The notes beneath the pieces are model-generated. The model saw nothing but the letters and a program-made list of their open reading frames with translations. It was not told the origin of the DNA and made no database searches. From Macrostomum hystrix (taxonomy: Eukaryota > Animalia > Platyhelminthes), in NCBI GenBank assembly GCA_950097015.1, contig CATNEN010000002.1:558001-622000 (forward strand): a stretch of 64,000 nucleotides of DNA, read 5' to 3'. Below, piece after piece: positions 33,392 to 45,767 of the stretch. A program made the position numbers and the translations under genes. Within the stretch, counting starts at the first letter, position 1. Each line of letters opens with the position of its first letter.

Positions 33392-35700
33392 CTAACCTAT
33401 AACATACATTATAGCGTCTGACTTCGGGGCGTCCGTTGGAGCTTCAAGCGGCTTGGTCAACGGCTCAACTGTCGACTTGCTTACTTTCTGAGCATCCGAT
33501 AGGGAGGTTCTTGAGATGCCGTCGGCAGCTACAGTGGAAGCAATGCTATCGGCAGCCAAGCCAATGTGCAAGTCAGCTCCCATGGTCTCAGTCGAGGTCT
33601 TTTCGATGGCTAAAATGGTGAGATCGTTCGACAGTCGTTGCATTCACGATCGGATTTGTGATATTTGAGTGCATTCTCTAATTTCCACTCACTGTAGTTT
33701 GCCTGAAACATTTTCGAGTTTCTCGATGGACCGAAAACTCGGTCTCGATCTCCGTGAACTGGCTGAACTTACAGGTGATGCTGACTGCAGCCTGAGGCTC
33801 CAGGAGCCGTTGGAGCAGCTGGGCTCTTCGGACCCAGCCGAGTTGGGACCCAGCCGTTCTGACAAGGGAATAATCTGAAGTAAAATCACAATGCTGTCAA
33901 CATTTATCAACATATTCTTAGAAAAATTCAGCAATACATCACTTGATCCTTTCATCGATATTTAACGTAACCTTTTTGTACGCTCGTAATATAAATCCTT
34001 ATTATGCAATCAGCCCCTCATCCCAACGGGACTGGTTCAGGGTCGATCACCGTCACAGTGTCAATGCTGACAGCTTCTGATGTCAGCGAGCAGTGCAGTT
34101 CAGGCCGAGGGTTTCCCTCCTCCGTCAGCACTGTCAGCACCAGGTCTGAGCTCTGGGCAGCACTGGCAGCTGGAAGAGCGTCCTGCAGCGAACTGAGAGA
34201 GTGTGTCGGTTGAGTAGTGTGACTCAGCTTTCAGCTAACTAAATCCTTATTCAAGTATTGGCTATTCATTCACTGACAGGGCAAGAATTGAAATTATTCT
34301 GAGCCTCATAGAGAAACCGTGGCACCGACAGCTGCCTGGTCAGCGCCACACCTGTGCCTTGCAGCTGGGATTCGCACGAGACGTTCCCGTGCTCGAATTC
34401 AGCACTCACGATCGGTCTGAACTCGGACTGCAGCCTCACGATTGAGCAGACATCTGTGAGGCTGACAGTTCGAGTCGGTGGCCGTTGCTGCTGACCAGCG
34501 AGCAGGAATGCCGCGGTGCGGGCAGGGCGAAGTCCTTACTGTAGCTGAAGTGCGCCGGCTCGCCCACCAGCCAGTGAGCAGCGCCATTCAGGCTGAGCTT
34601 CACCGACCGCGAAGGAACTGCGGGTGTGGAGGCGAGACTAAATTTTTCCTCACTAGCTTCAAACCGTTTCAAAAGAGTGTAGCTTTTCCTTAAGACTGAT
34701 ACTCGAATGAAAACTTCGATCAACCTCATGCTGACAATTTATTAAGATGAAACTGAGCGAAAATCGGATCGCACCAACGAACTCGAGCGTCTCATAGACA
34801 GCCTGGCTTCCGCCGTCCGAGCACCTGTAGCTAAGAGTGAGCACTGCTCCCTGCATCCATAAGTATCCGATCAGCGAGAACCTCAGCTGGTTGTCTGACA
34901 ACTAAAGTGAAAAAAACAAGCTGAAATGTGTTTTCGGCTAAACAGACAGCAAAGAGAAGCGGGATGATTACCCTGTGGAATTCATTGGTCGGGTTCGGTA
35001 GCACTGGAGTGCCGTTCGGAAGCTTCATAGTCAGAGTCACGTGACCTGGCTGTATTGTACAGGGCAGATGCGCCAGCACCGTGACGCCGCGACCATCGGT
35101 GAGAAGCCGCAGGCCGCCATAATGACACTCGGTGGATTCAGATGTGCACACTGAGAACTTTCCAGCCTCTATGGCTGAAAGCGATCAAGTTGCTCTTCAT
35201 CAGGGATAGCGTCTACATAGAAAGTATCATGGATACTAGTATCAGAAAGTAACTGTATCGGAGCTGTCAGTCACTAAAAAAAGATTTATTGAATGATTTG
35301 GCTGTAGGAATGGTGCAAGTTTCTGTATACAATGCCCGAAAATATTACTCAGAATTGCCAAGCCGACGAAGCTCATGTTCGCGTAATGGTCGGCCAGCTT
35401 ACTCAGCAGGATGACGGACGCTCTGGTCTGCAATGCCGGACAGCTCAAATTGGAAATCAATTCTTGGGAGCTAGGAAATCAATATCGAATATTTTTTAAA
35501 TTCTAAATTCCAAAATCAGGACGCCCACCTGACTGACCAGCGAGCAGCAGGAGACTGTGAGCCGCTCCACGACTGCGATCCCCGCAGCCTTGGCGGAGCC
35601 GCACAGTGAGAAGTGCTCTGATGGCTCGGCGCATCTGATGGCAGCGTACAGCTGTTCAGTCCAAGGACTGGGACTCCCCACCCTAAATTACCAAAACTAC
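33392..35700 (-). pseudogene. Second, divergent Ig-like gene or gene remnant (copies ~46981-48720 and ~59989-61830)
   Basis: Exon-like pieces WMQGAVLTLSYRCSDGGS, WLVGEPAHFSYSKDFALPAPRHSCSL and LVLTVLTEEGNPRPELHCSL share the domain pattern of the main gene. No clear start or TM found. Confidence 0.45.
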
Positions 35701-35803
35701 CAATCACCCCAGCTAATATTGCTATCCATTTAACAGCTGGATGAACTGAAGCAGTGCAGATTTTTGTGTTTTTCTAAATGACACAAATTGTGTCATGTCA
35801 CAG

Positions 35804-35873
35804 TGGAGTCGTGAATCGAACCCCCGACCTTCAAGTCGGGAGTCCGACGCTCTAACCACTAGACCACGAGCCC
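35804..35873 (-). repeat. tRNA-like pseudogene or SINE head (copies 48827-48896, 61935-62004)
   Basis: GGGCTCGTGGTCTAGTGGTTAGAGCG...GGTTCGATTCACGACTCCA has A and B boxes and 6/7 acceptor pairs, but the anticodon stem does not pair. Confidence 0.55.
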
Positions 35874-36932
35874 ACTCGGAGTCCAGCAACACCTATAGCT
35901 CTAAGCAAATTTCACTTACAATTCAATGTTTTGTGACCCACAGAGGTGCAGTAGACGGTGATAGCCATGTACTGTAAAATAGGATTTCGGAAATCGGAAC
36001 CTGTGCTACTCATACACTTTATTGCTATATTCATGATAACAAACTTCAAATAAGAAAATACAATAAATGTACGGCCACGTGTTTCTCATACTCTGAGCGT
36101 AAATTTTGTGTATATTAAGTAGTTAGCACATTTATTTAAATGCTTGAATAAATAAGCAAATAAAATGACTATACAATTTTGATAAACATTTTAGCGTAAA
36201 AGTACTGTCAGAAAATAGCTCCGCATATTATAAACTATAAGAAATTTTATAGAAATTAAAAATGTTCATCGCTTTATTAAAAGCTGCAATATTAACACTC
36301 AAAATGTCAGTCAGTTACCATTAAAGATTCTAAAGCTTGAAATAGAATATCTTGCTGTGTAGCTCTTAACAGGAATAAACAACGAGATAACTTCCGGATT
36401 CATTCTAGGCATATGTATAACTTATTCGTGAGCACCGACTGTGGTTCAACCTGTGCTTCACCAGGGCGCAACTCTAAATATAGAGAAACTAAAGTATTGA
36501 TGGATACACTGGAAATTCAATCCTTATATTAAGAATATTTCACAATTTAAACACGGGATTATAAACAAAAAATGTCTAATTATAGCGAGTCATCTAGAAT
36601 AAGTTCTAAACAGGAAGAATTACTGAATATTTACTTTTGATAAATTTCTACAGCTAATAGAATGTGTTTATTAAAAGGAAGACAGCCATCGAGGACGAAC
36701 TCAGCAAGAAGGATAACAGTTTCCTGAACAATTCTTTGAAGTCAAGTCTTGAACGTGAGAACTATTAGCACAATTTCTTACACTGACTACTCTAAAGCAC
36801 TTAGAGCTACATTCAGTGCACTTCAGTATGCTCAGCAACTTCCAGTTGAAATAAAAGCAAGTCCATGTCCGTATTTTATCCATGACTCGTCGATAAACTA
36901 AACTCGACTTTCTAATTTTAAAGCACTCGCCA

Positions 36933-39900
36933 CTACATCTGGCCCTCTTGATGGACACCCTCCATCGAATCAAGTGGCTGGCGTATGACTCGTCCATTGC
37001 AGTCGCAGCTGACAAATGTCCTACCGTCGGTGTCAATGTGACCCACAATGTCTGTGTACAAGGTGAGGCTGCTCTCGGAGAGCTCTGCTGGCGGAAACTG
37101 ACTAGATGCCCCCGGTTCTGGTTTCACCACTTGCAAGTAAACATCACCGGAGTCTGCGTAAGAGGTACCAGGCATGATTAGTGGCAGGGCAGGTGCTACA
37201 GACTTAGCCGCATTGTCATGTGTCGCTAGTGTGCCTGTTTTGCTAGGTATTGCCAGCTTTGTAGATTTGCCATTTGAGCCACATTTGGTTGGCTTAGCAG
37301 TTTTGCTGAGAGAAGCACGTTTAGCATTAGAGGCTCGATCAGATCTGGGGCGCGAGGCGGATTTGGCCGTTGACAGCGGTCGGACTCGTCTCTCAACAGC
37401 CAGTTCAGAGACTCTGCGGCCAGTGGCGTCCGTCGGCTTGCGGCGGCTGCGCACGATGCAGAGAGCCACAATGAGACCCAGGGTGAGCAGCGAGGCCGTT
37501 GTTGCCGAGATGCCAATTCCCACTGATATGAAGAACAGATGGGTGGGCTCAGTTGAAGAGCCTCCTGGAATCGAAGTGGTGGTCCATTGATTTGCAGTAA
37601 CTGAAAGTATACATCGAGCAATGAGTATTTTAAATTTAATTTCAGCTTTTGTATGGCAGAAAAAAAACAGAATACAATCAAAATATATAAAATAAATCAG
37701 CGTCAAATCATTCTAAATGTCGGAAAAAATAGGATACAAATGTAGTGTCAGCTTGTTTGCCCTTCTATCTCCCCGTGTTATTATTCAGTACTTATTTTTA
37801 GACGTGTATTTTGCTAAGAGTTCACCCACGCCAAGCCGGGCCGGACCAGCTGGGGGAACGGACGCCCACCACCCGGCGAGCGCTACCCCTGGGCTACGGT
37901 CCCGGCCAATCAGCGAGCGACCCGGCCTCACTACCTGTCTACCCTCGGCAAGAAGCGACCCCGGGGCTCAGAACGGCGGTCGCAAGTCTACTGCGATTTG
38001 TCGCCTTGGCTCAAGCTACAGCCAGGCATCCACCTCGCCGATCGACCTAATTTGGGGTTAAAATGACTCTATATAACGAAGCGTGTTTTTGTAGTCCAAA
38101 TTATCTTTTTCTTCGCAATTCGCCTCACACTGTGAGAAGCACGTGCAAATTATTGTTCTCCGCAATTCGCCTCACACTGTGAGAAGCACGTGCAAACTAT
38201 AGTCCACTTGTTTTGTCCCTCCCCGCCCGACCACACTCCGCTTGTTCAGTTAGGTAGCTTTCGGCGCTACGCGTCTTGAGAGTGCGCCGCTGACAAGGGT
38301 GGTCTAGATAGGCGCTTGTTGTCGAAGTCAGTACGTGCTCTCTTCGGAGACTCCGCCGTCAGGCAGAAGGAGTGCCAACCGATAGGATCTGTCGGGGCAG
38401 CGCTGAAAGCAGAGACAACTGGAGCCTCTCGGGAAGAGTAGGGCGCGGATGTAGGCCAGTTAAGTAAAAATTGTTATATCCAAATTGTTAGACCAGACTT
38501 GCTTCTCACTGTGAGCGCGCTATAATTTATTTCCGTGTGAACATCTATTCTGTCAGTAAAACTTTTAAGTCAAGTGAACGATATTCAAAGTAATTCCTAT
38601 TCGTATCTGTAATCTTAGTCACAGCCAATTAACTCACTCCTAATCAAATTATTCGAGTCTTCGCGTTCATACTGTGTTATTCTTTTTCATTGGGAGTTTC
38701 GCCGGGCCGGAGGACGACACACTGGTCTTATCGCTTATCTATTCCACTTCGCTCGCTACCGCATTCTCTAACGCTATTTAATTCCAGATTTCCCTGCTGC
38801 TATTGAAACGATTGGTAGGACACCGACCCCGGTGAATAGTGAATAGTCGCTAGCTTCAAATACCTCACGCTCCAGCTAGGACATTCATTTTATTACACAA
38901 AGGATACGTAAATTACTATATGATATAAAGGCTAAGGCAAAAATTAAACATTTTTACTTTGGCTTGCCTGTAACTCCCGTACGAATACGGCAGTTTTATC
39001 AGTCAATTGACTTACTTATCAAACTACTGAATGCAACACTATGCGCTCACAATCAGCTGTGAGGCTTTCTACGAGCGCAAACTCAAAACAAGGCCTAAAC
39101 TTTTCTCTCCGTGGCAATGGCTGGCTGGCTTAGAATATCTATGGTCTATCACATAGGGAACCACTCCGATTATTTTTTCGCTAAAATTTCGTCTGTTAAG
39201 CCTGCATTGTGCAAACAGACAAAAGACTACAGAACGGGATGTTTATTGCAAGGATACCAGTCTAATACAGCCTTTGTCCAAAAGACAAACAATCATTTCA
39301 TTGGGTCTGAGGCAGAGCATGCGTCAACTTACAACCGTCAAAACGGAAATTAGAAACTAGAAAACTGTTCAACCGACAATCGCATGAACTGATTAGTTGT
39401 TAGATAAGCTATTGATAAGCTACGAGCTAGCACTGCCTTTACTCAACTGAATAATCTATGACGACTCAAAAGCAACACAAATTAAAAAGCGATCGCAATG
39501 AGCTTAGCTTAGCATTTCGCATATACAATGTACTTACTTAACTCACTGCAGTTAAATGAATGCTCTGTTCGATTGAGCACATTCTTGCCAGCTGCAGTTT
39601 GATTAACGTGGCAGACTATCCGGACATGGCTTGGAGCTTGGCATTGCTGCAGTGAAATCTTGAGAATCGTACCATTTTCAACTGGTAAAAGTTTCGGCAC
39701 TGACACACTGGAATCGCTCTGCAAAGTTGGGGTAGCGCTTTGAATTTCGGAATACTTGTGAAGGGATGGACACGTCAGGCACGTCAGAAGCGCATGGATG
39801 CTTAAGAATTTGTGAAGAAATAACACGAGCGAAAGTCAGGAAGGAAGCAGAAGACGGAAATTAGGGAGCTCTTCTTAGACGATAGAATATGCTTGTATTG

Positions 39901-42900
39901 ACATTACAAAGCTGATACGAGCGAATCTGACAAGGGCAATGGTGGGATGATTGACAAAGTGAACTATTGCATTAGAGTATTTCAATCAATATAAGCAAAA
40001 CTAGTAGCATGTTAATAATAATAATATTCCAGGAGGGCTGCGGGCAATGGCACATCATTTAGTGACACTAGACCCGCAGCAACCCCGAAACTTGTAGCGT
40101 AAAAGGACAACGAATTTCCAAACCTATATGAAGAAATGGACTCACTAAATTCATCGAACACATTTTACTTGGCTTTGGATTCGCTTCCGAAACTGAAACT
40201 TCAACAAACGCGTGACTTTGGTTCGGTCCATGAAGCTTGAAGGTAACCTGAGGCTGATCTACAAAGAAATAAATCAATAGCAGAAGCTGGTGATTGGATG
40301 ATGATAAAAAATTTATGAGAACTATTCTGTATCTCTCACAAAATACGCTGACGTTTTGAACAAGCTGATCAGCTCTGCTTGAGCACGGGTGATTGGCGAT
40401 GCACACCAGTTTGGACCCGTGCATCGATCGATGCGCTGTGATGCGGAACGTGGACTGGCCGTTTGATTCAGAAATATTTTCTAGTGAGATCTTCTCCTGC
40501 AAAGCAGTTTATTCAGTTATTTTGTGCTTATGCGATTCTTATATGTCAATAAAGAAATTGAAAACATACAGATTGCAGTTTAGTCTTGAGCTGCAGCCAG
40601 CATTGGTGCTTCACTTGAGGGCTATCACTGACTGAGCTGACATTGACAGAAATGACGTCGCCCTCCCAAACACTGACAGTCTGCGTTGCTGTCCATCTGC
40701 TTTCGGGCTGCTCTAAAACGGAATAATTGTATCATTAAGAACGCTAAACGTAAACGAATCAGTGCGCAGTGTCATCAGGCGAGACGCTGGGTTGTGTACT
40801 ATTTTCCGTCAGTCTAATTATTGATTCCGACTTCCGTTTCGACTACCTCTTCCACTTCCATCTGATGCTACCCAAACCTCTTATTGGTCAAATCTCAAAA
40901 AATCAATCCGATTGATACAGATTGAAGTCTCGCTGTTTTGCGCAACCCAACCACAATGACTCCTGCAAGGCTTTGAAAGGTACCGACTTGTGCTCAATGG
41001 AGCTCATTCACTGTGCATGCGAATCTTTTCCTAAGTTCTCTGAGTGCAATAGCTCGACACACTAGCGGATAGTTTTTCACCTGCTCCCAAGGCATACGAT
41101 CAAAGTTATTAGGACACGGCCAATGCCGCATGTCGCAACGAATACATACAGCACTATCGAGCTGTTTTGGCCGGGGTCGGTGGCAGAGCGGTTAACGCTT
41201 TTGACTCTCGCACCAAGGTCCCTAAGTTCAATTCCACGGCGAGGCCACATTTGAAGGGGGCGCAGACGCGGAGGGAGGCTTATGGGTGTAACTACGAGCT
41301 CTCCCGCATCTCATCGCTCCGCTGTCTCATCTTTTCCTGTCTCATCTCTCACGTGTCTCATCTCTCCTCTCGTACAATTCAGGCTAAACTTGTTTCTGTT
41401 CATAAAAAATATAAATGTTTGCATGTATAAAGTCACACACAAGCTTAAGTTTCTCTAACAGTGCGGGCATCTCAGAGCAATCAACGAGAAGTACTCACTT
41501 TGCAGGTTAATTATGCTGCTGTTAAACTCTGCCGCATCGGCACCCGAGAAATTTTGCTTCATTCTGCAGCTAATCACCTTCCCACTGTCCTCCAATGTCA
41601 CGTTGAAACTGAAGGCAAAGCCACCCTGGACCACTTTCTGCAAAAATGTAACCATGGTATCTTAAGACTTCGCTTTAAGCAATCCCAGTCACACATGGGA
41701 TAGCTGATGTCGGGGCTAAAGTGATTTAAGCATTTTGTACTTGGCCTCACATTGCGTGACTCTGAAAATGTGCCAGCGAAAGTGCAGCTGACAAATGAGG
41801 CTTCAGGATTTCCAAGGTCGGTCACATTGAGGCGGAAATGTGCAGTGAAGCCGTGACACAAGACTGGGGACAGCTGCTGTACTGTTGCAGCTGGCCGGTC
41901 TACAATGGAATAACATTCGTATTTAGATTGTGTATGACACTTGCAATCTGTTCTACACTGCTTATTTTGAAAGAGAGAATGCCAGTATGAACTTTTCGGT
42001 AAATTCAGGGAGGAAAAACCTCAGTAAAAACGGAGACTATTGACCAAGTCCGAGGGCATTGAGTAGATATACTCTAGGAATATACATCTAGAAGTGTTAG
42101 TTGGACTCTGTCAGAGTCTGAAATTTAATAAAGAATTCGAATAGTGTCTGTATATACTCGCATGCGCATTGACCGCTAAAACAAACTGCTCAGAAACATT
42201 TTTTCTTACGTTGAATGGCTTCTTTGTAAGTCCCGTGACTGGGACACGTCACTTGTGTACCACTCAGTGGAAAGTAGGAAATTTACATTCTTGGGGTTCG
42301 CTTCCAGCCCAGTTGCTATGCCAAATATCCATTAGCAACCAGCTAAGGCAAAGAGGAATTTGAAGTACAGAAGCAAATAAAGCAGAGAATGGAGCATCAT
42401 CATGAGACAGGGTACAGCAGAAAGGGGAGGGACAGGAGACGATAAGAAATAATTGTGCAAACAAACAATATTTCCAAAATGGAATTTGCTAGCAATCTAC
42501 AAGCCTTTGGGTTTCCATGAAACTGATCAGCTTCTTCCAGCCAGAGAACAGACCCAGGCTACTCACAGTACACAGGTGGAGCATTTATAGACTCGTTCCT
42601 TTCACAGCCGAGTCCCGGCTGGCTCACAGAGCACCGGATGCGGGCTGAAGAACCCCATCGTCTGGATGCGTTTCCGGTGAAAGACTCGCTTGCGACTGAC
42701 TTCTGCAGAAATGAAGCCGAGAAATCAGCGACCATTTCTCATGAAAGTAGCTCAAAATGTCCAACTAATGAAGGCATGTGACTTCAAATCTCCCATTATT
42801 TCTTAGAAAGCTGCTCGTGATAGAATTATTGGACATTCTACAATCTTTCATAAACTACTTACAGAAAGGCTTCTCATTGTTTCTTCTCCTTGCTGGGTGA

Positions 42901-45672
42901 GCACTGAGCAATGATAGCTGGTGTGAAACGGCCAGTTGCTGCTTGTTGAGTTCACTGTGACACTGACGACTGATCCTTCCAGCCAGTAGCTGCCGGGTGA
43001 CAGTGAGATGCGAGCCTCACAGGGGTCTGAAGTGCACGCAGGGTGTAAGCAAGGATAATGATTCGCTTGTCACACGTGCTTCAAATATTTCTATCTAAGA
43101 TTTTGTAGCATATCAGCTTACAAACTAACGGAGGAATTTTCAGTGTTTGCTTTGTAGTTTCAGATTTGGTATTGTACGCAGAGTGGCTCTCATTTGAACT
43201 TAATTCTTGTCCACAAAAGATACAGCTGTTCTCCAGGGATGAGCTCACATCCAACCTGAACTCGTAGACCACGTTTAGACAGAAGTGGCACGAGCTGGTG
43301 CTTTTGGTGCTTTTGGTTTCCAATTTCTGAAAATGTCGGCAACGAGTATGTTTAGTCCGACTCATTGCCAAATATGACTGCCATGTGCTAGCTGTCTTAC
43401 ATTCACTCACCACGAGCTTCCTTTTTATTTCGTATGTTGAGTATTTCTGACATTTGTAAGTAACTTGTTGTTCTCCAGGTCCAATTATCTGCTCCAAGCA
43501 GTTGCAAACTCTACAGGCAATCAATGTCACAGGAAATCCGCCATCACTGGTGACGCTGAAGTTGATGGATCTTCCTTCTACCCAGAACTGGCGCCCACCG
43601 ATTTGAAGACCGGAATCATTGAAGTTAAATAGCAAGTCTTTGGGTGTCACTGAGTGAATTGTGGGCATTCATTTATTATATAATTCAGTTTACGGCATGT
43701 AAAACCAACAAGAGAATCATATTACTTAAAAAATTATAATATTTTGTTATAGTATTCAGAGGGATGCAATCGGCTGCCATTGCGCAACCGTCAGTCAAAT
43801 TGACCCGAACCTAGCGGGGCCGCAGCATGAAAAATGTAGTGAGAATGGATCTGGACCCTTGATGTGTGAGTCTCATCAGATATCATAATACGGTGGAATG
43901 CCAGACTGCATGATCGCACAGCTGACACTGTTGAAGGCAGCTAATCTGAGAGCTCTCTGATTCGGAGAGCTAATCTGAGGTCAGCAACGATTTGATCCGC
44001 TGAGTTCATTCAATCTCTCTTGTTTTCATCGTGAGAAAAGTAAACAAATCAGTAAAATGCATATCGAGTACCATCGAATTGCAGCCTTGTCGAGGCACTG
44101 CGGGTTGAGTTGTGGCAGCTGAATTCGCACAGGAGAACCCAATCGAACAGACTGTTCATTGGTTTGAGTTCCAGCAAAAAGTTCCATGCCTCAGGCTTCA
44201 AAACTTTCTGGAATAAGAAAATATCACCACTCCGTGCTTGCTGACAGGCAAAACTGATCAACCAAGGTGAATGGTCAGCTCAGGACTTACCAATGTCCCA
44301 TTCCACTGCTCGCCAGCCTGAGATGTGATGCTGCAGCTGGGATGTCTGCCGGAATCCACTGGGCACAGCAGAGACACGTTCACATGGATTGAATCACCGA
44401 GTTTCAAATGTTTCAGCCCAGGTTTGCATCGCTCAGTCTTGCTCGAGACGGAGGCACAAGTAGAAAAATAAGCATGGTTTGCTTCTGCAAAGGAGTGATA
44501 GATACCCAGTGTTTTAGAGAGAGTAGAACAAGTCCATATTTCAAGTCCAAAAACATTCAGTTCGGAATATTACAAGCGCATAGCAATTTTAAGGCTCAAT
44601 GAGATAAATGAGATACGAAAGCTCACCTTCTGTGATATCCAAGCCGTTGAAGGATGAGAATGAACTCCCTCGACGCTGCCGAATAAGAATGTGCTCAGTC
44701 GGCTGCAATGTGAGTTGCGATGCATGAGCTTAGAACAGTCATCTGATCAATCTGGACTCTCAGTCGAGTCAGTGGAGAGTGCAGTTACCAGTGGAATGGC
44801 GGTCCTGTTGCACTGCACGAAGAACTCCGCAGTCGAGCCGGCTGAGACGCCTGCCCAGCCGCAGGAGGACAGAGCGGTCGAGTTGTGTCTGAGCACGGCG
44901 CGGCAGTTCGAGTCAGCCGCGAACGCTTCAGGTGGCAACCAGCTGCCGAGGAGAACCTGCAAGCCGCTGCCTCCAGCTGAAATTGCAAAGCGGCTGCCTT
45001 GACAACAACGAACTGACTCTGAGCTCAGCTGCGACTCACCTGCGTGCACAGTGACAGACAGCACTCGGACTTCTCTGACCAGCTTCAGCAGCAGCCAGTG
45101 GTAGCCGTCAGAGTCAGCGACTCTCCCGAGGCTCCAGGGCCGCTCGCTGAACTGGGACTCGCTGACGCAGCTCGGAGAACTGGCTCCGCCGGACTGCCAA
45201 GCGGCAGCCACGTCCGCGATGGAGACGCGGAACGTCCGGCTGTCAGCCGCGCCTGCCAGTAGGCCTGAGGGTGGTGTAATGAGGTCGAATTATGTAGAAA
45301 TAACATGCAGAAATGTAGCAGGCAGTCACGGTACATTAATGGTCATTTTGGAGTGATAAAAATGGCTCCGGTCTGAAATCTCCTCTCCAAAGATTTTATG
45401 CGACCGATTGAATAAATACAGAATTGAACTCACTGCCAACTGAAATGGCTGTGACAGCTGACGCAATACGAGCTATTAGGTTAGGGAATTTCAAGTTTTG
45501 CAAGAAGATCAAATTTTTATTTAGTTTTTTCTTGAATTTTTAAGAATACACAGCTGTTTAATAAATCATTTAACGAGTTGCTGGTTTGTAAGTCTGTTAG
45601 GTTGCCGTTTGTTTCTTGATTGAGCTTTTGTGATCGAGGATTGAGTTCAGTATCGCAGCATTCTTACCACAC

Positions 45673-45716
<44 letters not shown>

Positions 45717-45767
45717 TAAGGACCACAAGAAGCTCTGCCAAGAAGACAGTTGACAAAAGCTCGGCAT
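36933..45767 (-). CDS. Ig-superfamily-like single-pass receptor, copy A (complete within window)
   Basis: Signal exon 45767-45668; Ig exons as in copy 0; phase-1 donor at 39547 splices to the TM/tail exon 37600-36933 (FISVGIGISATTASLLTLGLIVALCIV-RSRRK; DVYLQV, TLYTDI). Confidence 0.78.
37741..38897. mobile_element. Solo LTR (1157 bp) in the last intron
   Basis: TGTAGT...ATTACA ends, 4-bp TSD CAAA, internal 36-bp duplication (38114-38149, 38161-38196); empty site in unit 3. Confidence 0.8.

Larger units (their letters stand above)
1..38950. repeat. Tandem array unit 1 (~14 kb host unit interrupted by Polinton at 8123-32824)
   Basis: TTTTTA(T/C)TTTGGCTTGCCTGTAACTCCCGTACGAATACGG recurs at 1, 38951, 51974 and 63935; ORF track repeats at the same offsets. 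Part 1-8122 is more diverged from the other units. Confidence 0.95.

Noticed and set aside
35778-35796. Palindrome ATGACACAA-A-TTGTGTCAT
   Set aside because: Isolated; no associated element ends or function evident.
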